Positions 63,626 through 64,000 of a stretch of 64,000 nucleotides of DNA are shown piece by piece. Source of the DNA: Camelus dromedarius (taxonomy: Eukaryota); contig NC_087447.1 in the NCBI RefSeq assembly GCF_036321535.1, positions 39,124,001 through 39,188,000 of the forward strand, in the 5' to 3' direction. Positions within the stretch are counted from its first letter, which is position 1, and the number at the start of each line of letters is the position of its first letter. The notes under the pieces are model-generated. The model saw nothing but the letters and a program-made list of their open reading frames with translations, did not search any database and had not been told where the DNA came from. The position numbers and the translations under genes are program-made.

Positions 63626-64000
63626 TCTACGCTCCTCACTGCTGGAGCCACAGCCCGACATGGGACTGGAGGAGAGCTCTCCTGGGGCCTCACCCGGGAC
63701 ATGGGGATGGGGTGCAGGAGCAGGAAGCTGGGAGGGACGGCTAATCTAGTGAGGAACCACTTTTGGTCGATGAAATGTCATATTTATACTTGAAGTTTCC
63801 TAATTTTTATCTTAGGAGACTGCATGGGTGCAACTCAGATAAACAGAGGTGGTTTTTCTTCGGGGGGAACAAACCAAAGGGATGTGAACCCTTTTAACTC
63901 AGGAACATACAACTGGGAATTTCTAGATTCTGAAAAAAAAAACAAAAGTGACTGCAAATCATAAAGAATCAAATCAAAGTAGCTGTTTTTCCTCTCATGA

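Overview
This is mammalian genomic DNA, probably camelid, judging by two tRNA-Ala-derived Vic-1-like SINEs. It holds two convergent, tail-to-tail genes. On the + strand is BTBD10: eight coding exons from ATG 2246 to TGA 43849 splice GT-AG into a complete 475-aa ORF, and its non-coding first exon lies upstream of the window. On the - strand are the last nine coding exons of the core clock gene BMAL1 (ARNTL), 61816 down to TAA 45988, covering the end of PAS-A, PAS-B and the C-terminal transactivation domain. The two poly(A) signals are under 1 kb apart. The introns are mostly old L1, L2, L3, MIR, LTR and hAT repeats, and most entries in the ORF track are noise. I found no prokaryote-style novel system, CRISPR array or RNA gene. 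The best leads are: an internal promoter with an alternative hydrophobic, Cys-containing BTBD10 first exon and competing splice donors; a 2.5-kb ORF1-only (HAL1-like) or rearranged L1; a multi-template insertion scar; apparent loss of one miR-142-3p site in the BMAL1 3' UTR; a D-box plus palindromic E-box pair and a CTCF-like motif inside BMAL1; and GC-AG and NAGNAG splice features. Repeat family names and comparisons with human or mouse come from memory, not from searches.
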